A stretch of 64,000 nt of DNA, taken from positions 8,370,001 to 8,434,000 of the forward strand of contig NC_043007.1 of assembly GCF_006345805.1 (NCBI RefSeq), in the 5' to 3' direction. Every line of letters begins with the position of its first letter. The first letter of the stretch is position 1. Below the pieces are notes generated by a model, which had not been told where the DNA came from, did no database searches, and saw nothing but the letters and a program-made list of their open reading frames with translations. The DNA is from Octopus sinensis. Taxonomy: Eukaryota. This document shows, piece by piece, positions 38,485 to 52,255 of this stretch. A program made the position numbers and the translations under genes.

Positions 38485-38925
38485 GTAAGCGCTTTTGTTT
38501 CTTTTATTTGAAAACAGTAATCGCTGTAGATTGGTTTTAAATAGCTTCGTTTTAAAAAGCATGATTAATCGCTCAGCAGTGCGAGCCAGTTGAACCTATT
38601 TATTTGAATGATGGTGAATCTGATAACCACAAGGGTGGATCTGCTTTTACGGAGGTAATTTTGTCTCCTTTACCGTTTCATGTTAGGCTTCTGCTAAAAT
38701 TCCTTCATTTCTCGGCGAGGATAAAATATGCACCAATGTTTATGCGGAGTCTATACGATTTAGAAATCAAGGGATAATTTGTGCTGGTGAATCGGAATGG
38801 TAGTCAAAACCGAAGTCTAAGTTTGTTTTTAGTCCAGGTTTGTCTTGTTTGAACGATATTCTAGTCTTGGCCGTATTTTTTCCAGTATGGATGCGATTTC
38901 TACGAGGTCCAGTAATTGCATAGGG

Positions 38926-39298
38926 CAATGGTTCCCAGCCCGTTTATTTAAATGAGTTTTCCCACGGACCCCTTTTAATATGCTTATCCTTCATCATCAT
39001 CATCGTTTAACGTCCGTTCTCCATGCTCGCATGGGTTGGACAGTTCGACTGGGGATCTGGGAAGCCAGAGGGCTGCACCAGGCTCCAGTCTGATCTGGCA
39101 GTGTTTCTACAGCTGGATGCCCTTCCTAACGCCAACCACCCCGTGAGTGTAGTGGGTGCTTTTTACGTGCCAGGCGAGGCTGGCATCGGCCACGTTCGGA
39201 TGGTGCTTTTTTACGTGCCACCGGCACGGAAGCTAGTCTGGGTGGCGCTGATATAAAATTTTGAATTTAGTTCACGGACCCCAGGTTGGGAACCACTA
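38926..39298. mobile_element. hAT (Charlie-like) MITE with a nested RTE-UTR repeat
   Basis: CAATGGTTCCCA ... TGGGAACCACTA termini; degenerate 8-bp TSD gcataggg/gcttagag; retroposon inserted at about 38992-39250. Confidence 0.65.
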
Positions 39299-40985
39299 GC
39301 TTAGAGGTTCCTCTGTTGTGTTGTGAGATCTGTCAGAGGATAACGTTTCCGTTAAAGCCCTTCACCAGGTGAGAAGCGTGTTGGAAAGGTATATTTAGGC
39401 CTACTAATGTAGTGTGTGGAGGAAAGGCTGTCTGAAATGTAACTCTACATATGAACCAACAAGACCAGCCTCCCGTGCAGAAATTTCCACCCCTTTTTGT
39501 TTTTTAGACATTTTGATGTGCTCATTGCATTTTGTTGGAAAGGAACATGCATGCATTGGAGCTGTGCATTGAAACGCTCAAGTTTTCTAAATATCTTAGG
39601 CGTCTGTGTTTCTTGAACTGCTAAAAACAGGTCCTGGATCTGTTCAGAGTTGAATAACTGCATGCATATATCTTGCCACTTATCTTCTGTCTCACTCATA
39701 TTACGGAAAATGCCTTTGGTTAAAATTAAACATAAAATGCACCATCCGAACGTGGCCGATGCAAGAACACCCCAACTGGCTCTCGTGCCAGTGGCACGTA
39801 AAACGCACTATCTGAACGTGATCGATGCCAGGTCTGCCTAACTGACTCCTGTGCCAGTGGCATGTAAAAAGTACCCACTACACTCTCAGAATGGTTGGCG
39901 TTAGGAAGAGCATCCAGCTGTAGAAACAATTCCAGATCAGATTGGAGCCTGGCACAGCTGTTGACTCTCCAGACCTGTCAAACCGTCCAACCCATGCCAG
40001 CATAGAAAACGGACGTTAATAATGATGCTGATGATAGGCAACAATTGCCTTTTCTTTACAACTTCAATGAAACCTGAATAAAGGAAATACTTTAAAAAGA
40101 AATTAGTCCCTATGTGTTATAAAGAGGTGACCAGAAGAGCTGGTGATGGGAAGGGCTTTGGAAGTCTGCCTTAGAAAACCCATCCAACATGTGACAGCAT
40201 GGAAAAGTGACTTGTGCTTCTTCTTACATTAAAAGAGAACTTTTTATCGATCTTCAAAGCTTGTACTAAACTCTAAAATTGAACAAACTGGCACAAATGA
40301 TACTTTGTTCAGCCTCAGATCACAATGCCTTTAAAAAGTAGGGAAGGATACATTGTTTAATGCAGTCCCACATCTGGTATGCATTCAAAAAATGTGTAAA
40401 CCAGATGATTGTAGCTGATTGGTTAAAGGGGCTTTTTGATCAGAGCTGGCATGGAATTAAACAATGATAACACTAGTCTACACAATGCCAGTTTTGTATT
40501 CTGTGCTTTCTCACTTCAGTAGGAGCAGGTAGGTACAACAAACAACTGGTGTCTCATTGAAAAAAAAAAAACCCTACTGTATATGCAATATTGTATACAT
40601 CCTTTGAAATCAGTAGAAAATGAATCCTTCCTATTGATAACTTGGGAAAATAGTTTGAATTTTATGCGAAACACATTACACAACAGGTGTTGTGAAGAAC
40701 AGCAGCACAGCCCCAGATGTCATCCTGGTGTATATTCTTTGAGTAAACAAAGTTAAAAATAGAAGCAGTAATGGGGTGCTATATTTAAATAATGGAAGAA
40801 TATAGCACTTGGCATGATGGAAAAGTGAAGGCAGTTGATTCTAAGATTTGAAGAAGGATGGGGGTGAGAGGATATGTTTCTACTTGTTCCATCAGGCATT
40901 GGTTGAAGTTTTGAAAGCTTGGAGATGATTTTGAATGGAATTCCATAAAATTAGGATGGATCAGTTATGAGTTAAACATGTTTAA

Positions 40986-42018
40986 CCCTTTCGTTACTAT
41001 ATTTCTGACCAAAATACACCCCTTATGTGTTTCAATTAATTTCTAACATAATCATAAATTTAGTCTGGTTTCATTAAACAACTATAACTTTTTTTATTTA
41101 TCAATATATTAACGTAAATTTTGGAAGATAATTTAATGAAATGTTCTCAACCAATTCTAAACTATAATTTTTGTCACAAAGTGACTCTAATTGCAGGTAG
41201 ATACAGGTAAATTCAACAAAATATAAAATTATTAAAATTTTGTTCAAACATCGCTATAGAAAATGGATTATTAGCTAATATTCAATTGGGTATACAACAA
41301 AATTTTACGATAGAATTTGTTATTCTGGGTAACTTTCTGATACCCATAATAATATTTATGGCAAAATAGTCTTAATTTCATTTAAGGTTATGGGAAACCA
41401 CTAACAATCCTTTCTTTCATTTTGTTTACGTTTAGCGTAACGGTTCGTTTCTGCCGTAATGATTTCAAATAGGCTCATTCGAAAAAGTAAAAAGAAATAG
41501 TCTAAGGCTTTACTCTTCTGGGAAAGTCTGTGGCTTGGTCCAGTTTCTTCAGAAAAATCGCCGAAAGAAACAGTTTTTAAATTTTCACTCCATTCAGGTG
41601 CCAATTCATTTTCTTTATCACTGTCGGAGCTCTTGGATTCACTGTTTTCACTTTCGGTAAATGAAACATCAGATTCATTATCAAATGCCACATGCTTTTT
41701 TTTTTCAGTCATAGAGTTAGATTTATGAAGGTCTTCAGTAGAAAATCCTTCGAATTCTGACTCGCTGCTTGATATAATGAAATTCGTATCCATTTTTTGT
41801 CAGAATTACAAATTTTGAAAACACAATAGGAACAAATTTCGGAAAAAAATCTCCCAAAATTCACGGAATTAAAATTACACTTCGATTATTGTTCAAAACT
41901 GTAGTTGAACTCTTTACGAAGTATAATACGTGTTTTCACGAATGTACTAAAGAGATTTGCTCTGATATTCTCATTTAAATATGAATAGGTAAATTCGGGC
42001 GGTTTGATAACGAAAGGG
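40986..42018 (-). mobile_element. Internally deleted piggyBac transposon
   Basis: TTAA TSDs and CCCTTTCGTTA TIRs. ORF 41401-41793 resembles a piggyBac transposase N-terminus (acidic leader, DYFFLLF...IITAETNRYA). Confidence 0.88.
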
Positions 42019-42051
42019 TTAAAGCATTAGGACGGACAAAATTGTAAAATA

Positions 42052-42396
42052 GGCTAATGCAGTTTTGCACCTCACTTTGAGAAATGCCTTTGTTTGAAAA
42101 TATCTTTTCCGATTCCTACGTTTTAGATGTTGGAGATTACAAATATACAAAAAAAAATTTTTTAATCCCCCCTCACCTCTCCACCCATGTAAAATTTCAA
42201 CCTGCCTCTCCAGTGGACCTCATGCACAGCTAACCCCCTCCCCACAAAAACAGACATTCCTTTTTTTATTTTTAAATTTGTGGGGTGGGTGAAATCTAAG
42301 AAAAAATTTCTTTTTGCATATTCATAATCTCCGACATCTAAAAATATTTTCAGAAAAAATGCATTTTTCAAGGAGAGGTGTGAAACTGCATTAGCC
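42052..42396. mobile_element. MITE with long imperfect TIRs
   Basis: GGCTAATGCAGTTTTGCACCTC ... GAGGTGTGAAACTGCATTAGCC, with complementarity extending inward. Confidence 0.75.
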
Positions 42397-42881
42397 TCAT
42401 AAATTGAAAACTAAATTTATTTTTAAAACTTTTCAACTATGGGATGAAGTCTGAGTTACAAAGTAATTGCATGGGCTTCTTGAATAGATACCATAAAGTA
42501 GAAGTTTGACAATACATTTGGAATTTGAAATAAAGTTTGTGAAATGTGTAATGAGATACTGTTTTTCTTATCAGTTGTGGTTCTGTCTATTTGGGCACAG
42601 ATGGTAAAAAAACTCTCCTTTCTTTGCCTTCAGTTGTCAAAAATAATTTTAGGGTCAGTTACATTAGAAATGCTTTCTTTTTCTTCTAGGACACTAAACT
42701 TTGTTATATTTAACCATTGAGTACTTTATACTCTGACATTCTCTCTACTCAATAAGGAAACACTTGGGTTTTAAACCTTTTAATATTTGTCCACCTGGTT
42801 TAGAACATTTCATTATAATTAGAGTCAGAGTAAGCAGGTGCTCAAGGCTTCCTATTTGGTGACCCTACAATGTTAACTTAA

Positions 42882-43080
42882 CCTTTTAGTCCTCAGAATA
42901 CAATGTCAAATGTAATGCATATTTATTCAGATTGTTTTGAATTAATCTTGCATTCTCCTCTTGTGGCTTTGAGATTTCAATGATGTGATTGTTTATTTTT
43001 AGAATGACATTGTAGGGTAGGGTGTGGGAGGCCAGGTAGAATATTTGGGCCGGATGGGACTGGTTTAAATGCTAAATGGT
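42882..43080. mobile_element. Degenerate TTAA-flanked MITE
   Basis: TTAA-CCTTTTAG ... CTAAATGGT-TTAA. Confidence 0.5.
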
Positions 43081-43763
43081 TTAAGCAAGGTTTGATGTCA
43101 GTAAAGAGAGCCAGAGCAAATTAGCCATTGGGCATTTAACCTGCTGCTCTGAGGCCTGTGTGCCACATAAATTGATAAAGATGTAAATTAAATGTGTTGC
43201 TATATGAATGTAATGTCTAATATAAACATTGAACAACTGAAGGGAAATGGATGCTGCTGATAGTGTTTAAGGTTATAAATATATATAAAAAGATGGTTTG
43301 AGCATAATAGGAATATTGTTGATTATTTGTTTGGCATGTGGACAAAAATTCATTAGTTAGTAAATGAGCTTTCCCGATTTTAATACTCATTGAATCTGAG
43401 GGTTATATTTCTCCATTGATATGGATTTTGTCCTGCTGTAGTTATTGTACTTCAGTATTTGGCATCACAAAGCACATTTTTGTGTTTTATCTTAATAAGT
43501 GTGTATAAGAGATATTTGGCTGTTAATTCTAGCAGCTTAAGTTGCCATGTAGAGAATCAGTCTTTAGCTTGGGGCTGTAATACCTGAGTGTATGGAAAAT
43601 TTGTATATTGTAAAGGGTTACTTTCTGTTGAAGATTTCTATAATTTTAGTCTTTGAAGAAGAAACCTATTTTTATTACATGATGACCACAGTTTATCTTT
43701 CATAACTTCTTATTTGAACTATTACAATTGCTATAATCTAAAAATGGTGTTTTCTTCATTTAG

Positions 43764-43847
43764 CACATGGAATATGACTCTGAGGCAGTTCAGGCTATCA
43801 GACAGCTGAATGGATACTCAGTCTGCAATTCAAGAATTCGAGTTGAG
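43764..43847 (+). CDS. RBM4/lark-like coding exon 2 (C-terminal half of the RRM)
   Basis: ttcatttag acceptor; HMEYDSEAVQAIRQLNGYSVCNSRIRVE; GAG|GTAAAA donor; phase 0 to 0. Completes the RRM. Confidence 0.92.
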
Positions 43848-46800
43848 GTAAAAATTAAAAAAAAAATTCTTTTTTTTCTATCAAACCTTGTTTGTTGTAT
43901 GATTGTATGTTAGTGAACAGAAATAAGTTAGAATGAAAAAGGTTTATATTGAAATATCTTTTAGTCATTCTGGGTATATCAAAGTATTTAAATATTCATA
44001 AATTAGACTTTTTTTTTCTTATGGTTTTTAATGATGCTTGTATATGTTTAAGCATCATTTACATTATTCTGCTGCTAGCTATCATCTGTTAGGTCAAGCT
44101 TGTTGGTTTGATTGATTTGTTATCCTGACTTCATCCTGGAGTAGGGGTGGGGCTTAATGCTAATCTTATTGATCTCTTATATTGGATCAATGTTGAAGTA
44201 TTTGCTAAAAATACTTAAGCGAGAAAAACATTTCTGTTGGTTATTAAAGATCATTTACTGTTGTCATCCTTTAAAACACGAGGGAAATATATCTTTGGTC
44301 TGGAGGGAGCTTTTAGCAATGGAGGTTTCTAATTCTGAGTATTTTCCAATATTCAGCACATTTGTTTTTAAAAAAAAACCATTGGAGAAAGGGCATGATA
44401 ATGAAAAAGTCATTGTAATTAAGAATCTATTCTGAGTTGAATTTAGTGATTAAATCATGATGAAAGAAATTGATATTCTAATTTCCAGGTACAATAAATA
44501 TTTTGAACTTCAATGTAGATTTAGAAGACTTACTGATAGATTAAAATGTCTAGACCAAAAATAATTTTGGTTGCCCAGGATATTTTAAACCTAGTTTAAT
44601 TGAAAACACTAGTTACATTTTATTTAATTTCAACTAACTTTTCTTTTATAAACACTAATATTTTTCCAGCTACTTTTCTAAGATTTATTCATGTCAGATT
44701 TTATTCTTGATCACTGACATTCTCAAACTAAAAGTTTTAGAATTAGTTTTTTTGGGGGGGTTTCCATTTTTATTCTTCCGATGAAGATTTATAAAAATAA
44801 AATTTAATCTTTGTTTAATGACAAATGAGTGGCTTTGTGTTTTATCTTTTACCAGTGATATTTACTTTTATATTTTCCCAATATGCACATTAAATGAGAT
44901 ATCCTCTAAGTAAAATAGCAACTAACAGAAAATTGCTAATTTTGTCCCATCGTTATGACTTGCATATGAAGTTTTAATTATAATTTTGATTTTCATTACT
45001 TAATTGATCTAATGATACTGGGGCGTTTTTTTTTTTTTTTTTTTTTTTTCCAAAAATGAAAAAGAAAAGAACATATTCTAAAATTAGAGTAATAGTTATT
45101 ATACTAACAAATCACGGTATCTATGTTATCAGTGTTTGTCTTGCAACAGATTTTTGCTTGTAGTGAGCAATAAACTGTTTCTTTGTGCTTTGTTTTTGTT
45201 GTTGTCTTAGTCAAACTTGCATCTCAAAATTTAGTTGAGGTTTCAACAAATGAGATTTTGAGTCCTTGTATTGCTTATTAACTTGTTTCATTTACTAATC
45301 TGTTCATGTTGCTCTATGAGAGTCGGTAGTGTGTGTGTATGTGTGTGAGCCCAGAGAGAGAGAGGGATTGTTTGTATTTTGTGTTTGGTTTATTTGTACA
45401 GCATGCCTTGTTAGTTCCATGAAATGTAATAAAATAAAGATTTAGGTTTAGTAGTTTTTTTGTTCATTTTTAATTCTGCCTTGGCTTTTCAAACCATAAA
45501 TAAAAACAACTAATGATGAAAAAATGGCAAAATAAAAGCTGTTTTGTTTCATTTTGGAGAAATTTTGGTTTAATAAGTAGATATACCTTACTTCCTTGTA
45601 GTATATAAACTGAGTTTTAATCAATAAAATGGAAGAATGGGCTTAAAAGCATTGTATGCACCACATGCAGTGTGAACTTCCAAGCTTTACACTGCATGCA
45701 CTCCACACATTCTACATTTCTTTTGAAGTGCACAATGGCCAAAATGAAATATAATAATCTAGTGTATTAGAACTCTTATTTCTCATGTCAATTAAAAAAT
45801 TTCATTAAAGTAATATCAACAATTAGTACTTTCATTTTCTTCTTTTTAAAAAAAACAAACAAAACAAAATAAAGCAATTGTTTTGGGTTGGGTTTCCTGT
45901 GGCATACTGCAGTGGTACTGCATTAACTGCAGTTTGTGTACATGCACAGAAGTACTGCTGCAATTTTAGTGTTAAAAATGCTAATAATACATGCAATAAG
46001 TTATTTTCTTGAGAATTCCACAGAGGCAAGATTTGTGAGTTTATTCGGGAGCTTAATTCGTATTTGAAGCAATGTCGTAGGTGCCCACGAGCAAAAGGTG
46101 GATCACAATTCATTTGCCCTCGTGTATTAGTAAACTCATTTGGATATGATTGGTCATCTTGTTCATTTGTGTATGCAAAAACTATCAATTGACAGAGAGC
46201 TGGCAGCTACTTTGTCTATTCAACCATGCTGAAAATCAGTTACTCTAAATATTATGTTTAGGTTTGAATTTGCAGATCCATCCAACCAAAATAACTGTAA
46301 CATAAAAAAGTTTAAAAGTTTCTTTGCAGCTGAATTAGTTTTATATGTATATATAACTGTGTGTGTGTGTGTGCTGACAGAATAGCTAATTTGCTTTTTG
46401 TATTTTGCTTGTATGTAATTAATGTTCAATGGACAGACTACGTTCTGCTATGTGCTTGTGATTTTGTTTGTGTGAGATATTTATGTATTCACAATATGTA
46501 TGTATATACATAAAAACACACACTTGACGTATGCACAGTGAAAACTGCTTATTATTATCGTCGTGGATAATGTTATCAGATGGCTGTTGAAATTAGTGGG
46601 CCCCAAACATGCTCGTAATATTGTTTATCTTCTGCTTGATTTATTAGCAGCTTATTGTTATCTGAAAGGCTCTGTCCCAAACTGATAATAATAAGCAGTT
46701 TCCACTATATATACATATATATTTTATGTTCATTTTGCACTTTGACATGGGGCTGGACTATGATATTGTATGCGTATTATTGAGGTTTTGGGGTTTGTTT

Positions 46801-47168
46801 CTCTTTCTCTATGGAAATTCTTCATTATTTTGCTACAGGTCTTTCTCCATTTTCTACATTTATTTTGTCTTGTTGCCTGTCTCTCTGACTGTTGCCTATC
46901 TCCCTGGCTCTTTTCTGCTCTCTCTCTCTCTCTCTCTCTTTTATAATTCTTTATTTTTCTCCTGCTGGCTCAGTCACTCTTTTTTTTTCCAAATTATTTT
47001 TTTCCCATTTCACTTTTTTAGTTTTCTTTCTCTGTTATAAAACTCTTTCTTCATACAACCATTCCTGTCTTATGTTATTCCTTCCTTTCTTCCTTGACCG
47101 CTTAATAGTCTCTTTCTGTCTTTCACCTCACATCTGTTTTCTCTTTCCATGTTTCTGTAGCATGATAG

Positions 47169-47228
47169 AGGGGGGGAGACATCGGCAAGCAGAAAAAGGG
47201 ACATCTGCCTCGGTACTTTTATATACAA
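47169..47228 (+). CDS. Candidate alternative exon (RGGDIGKQKKGHLPRYFYIQ)
   Basis: Follows a roughly 370-nt pyrimidine-rich tract; acceptors at 47160 and 47168; CAA|GTATAG donor. The peptide mirrors the protein's C-terminal motif. Confidence 0.5.
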
Positions 47229-50200
47229 GTATAGTGTCTGTGTATGTATACGATACACACACACACACACACACTGTTTGTGTATCGATGTTTCTCAACT
47301 GTCTTTTGTCTCAAACTCCTTCATTTTTCCAAAAAGAAGTTTTATTTAAATTGTTTTTGCAAGATTTTGCTTGTTTCTTCTTGTAAAGTAATCCATGTCC
47401 CACTTTGAGAAACATTGGTGTGTGTGTGTGTGTGTGTGTGTGTGTGGCATATGTCAATATAACCTATGTAAGCATTGGGAAACATAAAAATTATATATGA
47501 ACGCACATATGTGGGGATAAAATGCATGTATTTTATTATATCAGTGTGCTGAGTTGTCAATTGTCTTTCAATATTTCTTTTGGCTCCTGACACACCACAT
47601 TCAAACCCTGCCTTAGTCAACTTTGCATTTCATCCTTCCAGGGTCGATAGAATAAAGCACCAGTCAAGTGCTGTAGTTGGTTTGGTTGACTTGCCTTGTG
47701 CCTTTATTAGAAACCGTATATAATGTACAAGATTGTCATTATATATATGTATATATATATATATTGCAGTCTTGTCTAAGTTCCTTCATGTTTTGCCCTT
47801 TTTTCTTTTTGTTTATCCTCATGTTTGTTTATTGTTAACATTCCCTTTAAAAAAAACCCTAATTTTTTTTTGTTGCATTATTATGGTGTTAAAAATCCCC
47901 AAACAACTTATTCTATGATAGTGTGTAGAATTGTGAGGCTGTTTCTGTTTTGAGGTACAGATTTTGGAGTCCTTTTCTAATACTCAAATTAATTGTGTGA
48001 AAATAACTACAATTTTGAAAGCTGGTATTTATTTAAAATCGTACATTTTAAATCATTTATATTCATTTTCTGGATACCAGTATTTTGTTTTCCTATTTTG
48101 TTTTATTGGGTGGGTGGGTGTCATTCTAATAAACATTACAAAGTGCTCTTTTCAGATTAAATAATCAAAGCATCCAATCTTTAAAATAGATCAAAAAAGC
48201 AAAAAGAGTTTAATTTTTGCCTGCTTCTCTCTTCAACTGCAAAGATGCTAAAATAAATTATACTTGAAGCAATGTTCATGAAACTATTTCTATCATATAT
48301 ATTATATCCAGTAGTTTGTTTGGGTTTGATTTCCAATGGTTTCAACTTTTCATTCTTTTAGTCTGATTTTCAAACTGATTAAACCAAATTATTATTTGTA
48401 TAAAAACTATATATGCCATACGTTTGTAAACTTCGTAATATATTTCTTAATATCTGGGCACCTCTCCAGATGTTGGATCTATGTTATTTTCTAATCTGAA
48501 GACACATGAAATCAAATATTGTGCCCTCCATTAGTCTCTCTCTATATATATATATGAAATGACAAATAAAAGTATTCCTTTGTGAGACCATGGTAAATTG
48601 GATTTGTATAGCCCTGAACTTATGGGGATTTCAACATGATTCCTTAAGATAGCAGTTCTCTTGGCTTGCAGGTGAACAACCACATGTTTCTAAGTAAAAT
48701 ATAGGTCAAGGAATTAAGTTGTCCATCATTCTCTAAACTTACACTAAACCAAGAGGTCAACTGAACTTTTTTGACTGTATAAACCTGATGAAATATTGTT
48801 TTATGTAGCTTCACATTCTTAAAATATAAAAAAAGTTTTTAAACAGATTTGTTTTTTTACTATATCCTATGTTAGTCAGTGACTTATTAACAAACTTATT
48901 TTCCATTGATATCCCTGTTTGTATTTGTGGCACATGATAAATTCTCCGTTAATTGATGCCACAAACCAGTTGGGATTCCTTCATTTAAAGTCATTTGACA
49001 GCACTTGAAATTACTAATGTCTTCGGAAAAGTTATGGATGCTGCAGTCTACCATTTACACTCTTCATCAAAAAAAGAAAAGAAGAAAAAAAATCTTAAAG
49101 TATATTGCTACTGGACATCATAAGCATCCATTCATTTGCGACAGGTCCACCAATAGCTGACCTGCTACTCTTCTTAAAATTAAATTAATCCTTAAAATGT
49201 TTAAAATCTTTATAAGAATTGAAGTTGAGTAAAAAGAAGCTATTTTGTTCAGTGACATAGAAATCCACTTGTTCTATCTTAACTCTTTCATCACTGTATC
49301 TCTCCTAAAATAAAACTGCTTTCTCTGGGGCAGTTGATTTTGAAATTTGGTGGGATTTATCAAAGCACCCTCCTCCTGATTAACCAGGAGTCTGGACATA
49401 AAGGGTTCTTAATAGTAAATATGCACACTTCAAAAAGAGGATTTTTTCCCCTTAAAAGCAGTGCCACAGACAGATTGGTACCTTGATTTAAGTGCAGAGT
49501 ACAATCAATGCATTATTAGATATTTATTTTTTGCTGTTGCCAATTTATTTAATACCAAAGCCAGCAGATTGGATTGGCTTTGAGATCTTTTTCCCATGAT
49601 GAATTTACCTGTCATTTCAGTACAGCTACCTTCACTCAGAATGGCTTATATGGTGAAGCTGGAAGCTGACTTTCAATAATCCATATTACTCCACATATAT
49701 ATTTGCTGCTAAGTTCTTTGGTAACAATCATTGTTAAAAAAAAATAAAAATGGTTAAGTTCAAAGCTTTAACTGTAGTTGAAAGTTCTTCAGAAGCAGTT
49801 AATTCTCGCACACAAAACACCTGCATATAATCCTATAAGCATGATTTCTTAGATTCTTGATATTTGCTCAGATTATTTATCTTGCCTCTTAGCAGTCACC
49901 ATGGAGTTGTACTCCTCACTCATGCTTGAAAGCAGACCTGTTCTATTCAGTCTATCTGAAAGGGAGAATTCACTCTGGGATAGAATAACTTATACTGGCT
50001 TCATCTCTGATGAAAGCTGCTATAATTCTTTCCTAATTTATCTGGAAGTTTTCTGATAGATGTACTTGTGATAGTTTTCTTTTGTCACTGCAAACTATGG
50101 TTACCACACTTCAACTCTTAAACCTTGACAATGTTCAATATGATTTTGGGGAAATAATATAAAAAAAAAGCAAAATGGTATTCATCAATGAAAATGTGTG

Positions 50201-51300
50201 TGCCTATATATGCGCATTGCATGTGCATATGTAATATGCATGTTTTATATATATATATATATGTGTGTGTGTGTATATACATGTATATATACATATATAT
50301 ATATGTGTGTCTGTATATACATGTATAACTTGAATTCATGCATATATAGGCATTAATGATGGGGAGGGGAAGCAGCTCATTGAACGATTGGTTTTGAATT
50401 AAGCAAAGGGTCTATAAAATTTCCACTATCTTATTCAATTCTCTTTTTAATTCTATTTCTAATTAGTTGCTTCAAAATATAATAACTGTAGAATGAGAAA
50501 TTGTAGGTGGTTATTCATTCCTTTATTCATGGTTATAATTATTTTTGGAATGTTTTAAGCAAATTCAAAAAAAAAAATGAAAAGAAAAGAAATAATTTGT
50601 TGATAGATTTTTATAGCCCTTATAATGCCATATATATTAACAAATCAAAAAGATTACTCCATAGTCTATTTTAAAAAATTATATAAAATATTTTCTGGCT
50701 ATGTTTATAGATATTTAATTCAATATTAAAAGACTCTTGAATCTATTTCATCAAACATAATGCTATATAAAAAATTCTGTTTAAAAAAAAAAAATTGGTG
50801 CAATTTTATTGGAAACTTAAGGCATACATTTTAAATCTTGTAATATATATTTCAGAAAAAGGGATATAAAATTTATTTCACTGCATATACAAACTCTCTC
50901 TGTGGGTGTTTGTATCTATGCATGTAAATATATATATATATATATCTATCTATCTATATATATATATATATATATTGTGTACGTATATACATACACAAAT
51001 TGAGATTAAAGGTATATATCCGTTACCATTTATGGTTTTACTTTTTTTAAAGTATTGAAAGTAGCTTGTGTTGTATATATATATATATATAAATATATGT
51101 GTGTATAAATACTCCTTGGAATTGGCCGATAGATTTAATAAACGCACTTTACTTTCCAAAGTAGCTATTTGTTTAGATGGCAAATTGTTGTTGTTGTTGT
51201 TGTGCAAATTCATACCACCTCCGTGTTTACCAGTGTTAGGGCCAATCCCCAAATTCAGCCGTAACGCTTCAGAGTACTAAATTGCTGCCAGCTTTTCAAG

Positions 51301-51417
51301 GACGGACCGTTATTTAGTTTGCGCCTGTGTCATCGTGAATAGATTCTGCCAAGCCCCCTGACGTAAACAAGAATAGCATTCCCAAGGACAAGGAAGTCCC
51401 CAGCGAGCGTCATAAAG
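51301..51417 (+). other. Candidate stop-containing alternative exon A (DGPLFSLRLCHRE*)
   Basis: tactaaat branch-like site, ttttcaag acceptor and AAG|GTATGT donor. TAG at 51340-51342, with stops in all three frames. Confidence 0.6.
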
Positions 51418-52184
51418 GTATGTTAAAGTGGTTTTACGTTCTGCAGATATTTTTGCGTGCGTTCCTTTTTACTAGTTTATGATTGAATAGAGAGAGTGTG
51501 CTCTGTCTGTGTGTTGTGTTGTTTTGTGAGAATCTGCTCTGAAATGTCAAGAGTGCCAACCTGCCAATGTTGTTGATTTGTGACATAAAGTTTCTTGGTA
51601 TGTGTGCTTGAGTGAATGTGCATGTGTATAAAAGCTTCAATTAATGTCTGTATGGTGCAGGCAAGGCCAAATGACGAAGCAGTTTTGTTTCAGAAGTATT
51701 TGGTCTTGGGTTCAATCTCACTGCACAGCACCTTGGACAAATTTCTTCTACCATAGCTTTCGGTTGACCCAAATCTTGTGAGTGAAATTGGCCAGGTAGA
51801 AACCAAAAGCCTGTCAGATGGATGGGACTTTTTGAAAGGTCAACCATGTTGCTATATCATTGATTCCGCCTGAGGATTACAGTGAATGTACAAGACTCAG
51901 AACCTTACATGATCTTATGGTCAATGACTGTGTTGTCCAGTTGATCAAAGAACTGAAATCAATTCTTGTTTAAACCAAGAGAGGAAACATTTGCTATTTT
52001 ATACACGTGTATATTTTAGTTAATGCCTTTTTTTTTTTTTTTAATGAAATTTGAAAAGCTTCTTAGAGTTAACTTTTAATTTTTTTTTTTTTTTTTTCAA
52101 AATTCAAATTGGGTGAACTTTCGTACCAAAGTGAAGTTTCAGCTCACTGAATATTATATTTGGTGTGTTCTCCAATCCATTCAG

Positions 52185-52255
52185 TACTACTGTTTCCGCT
52201 GCGTAAACAATTTGTACAAACATCTGCGACGTGTTGATCAGCATCGTTCAGTTGC
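52185..52255 (+). other. Candidate cassette exon (YYCFRCVNNLYKHLRRVDQHRSV)
   Basis: ccattcag acceptor and GTAAGT donor; 71 nt, open in phase 0 and ends in phase 2; locally CpG-rich. Confidence 0.45.

Noticed and set aside
46024-46034. Possible 11-nt microexon (cag|AGGCAAGATTT|gtgagt)
   Set aside because: The pyrimidine tract is weak, and such matches arise by chance; there is no independent support.
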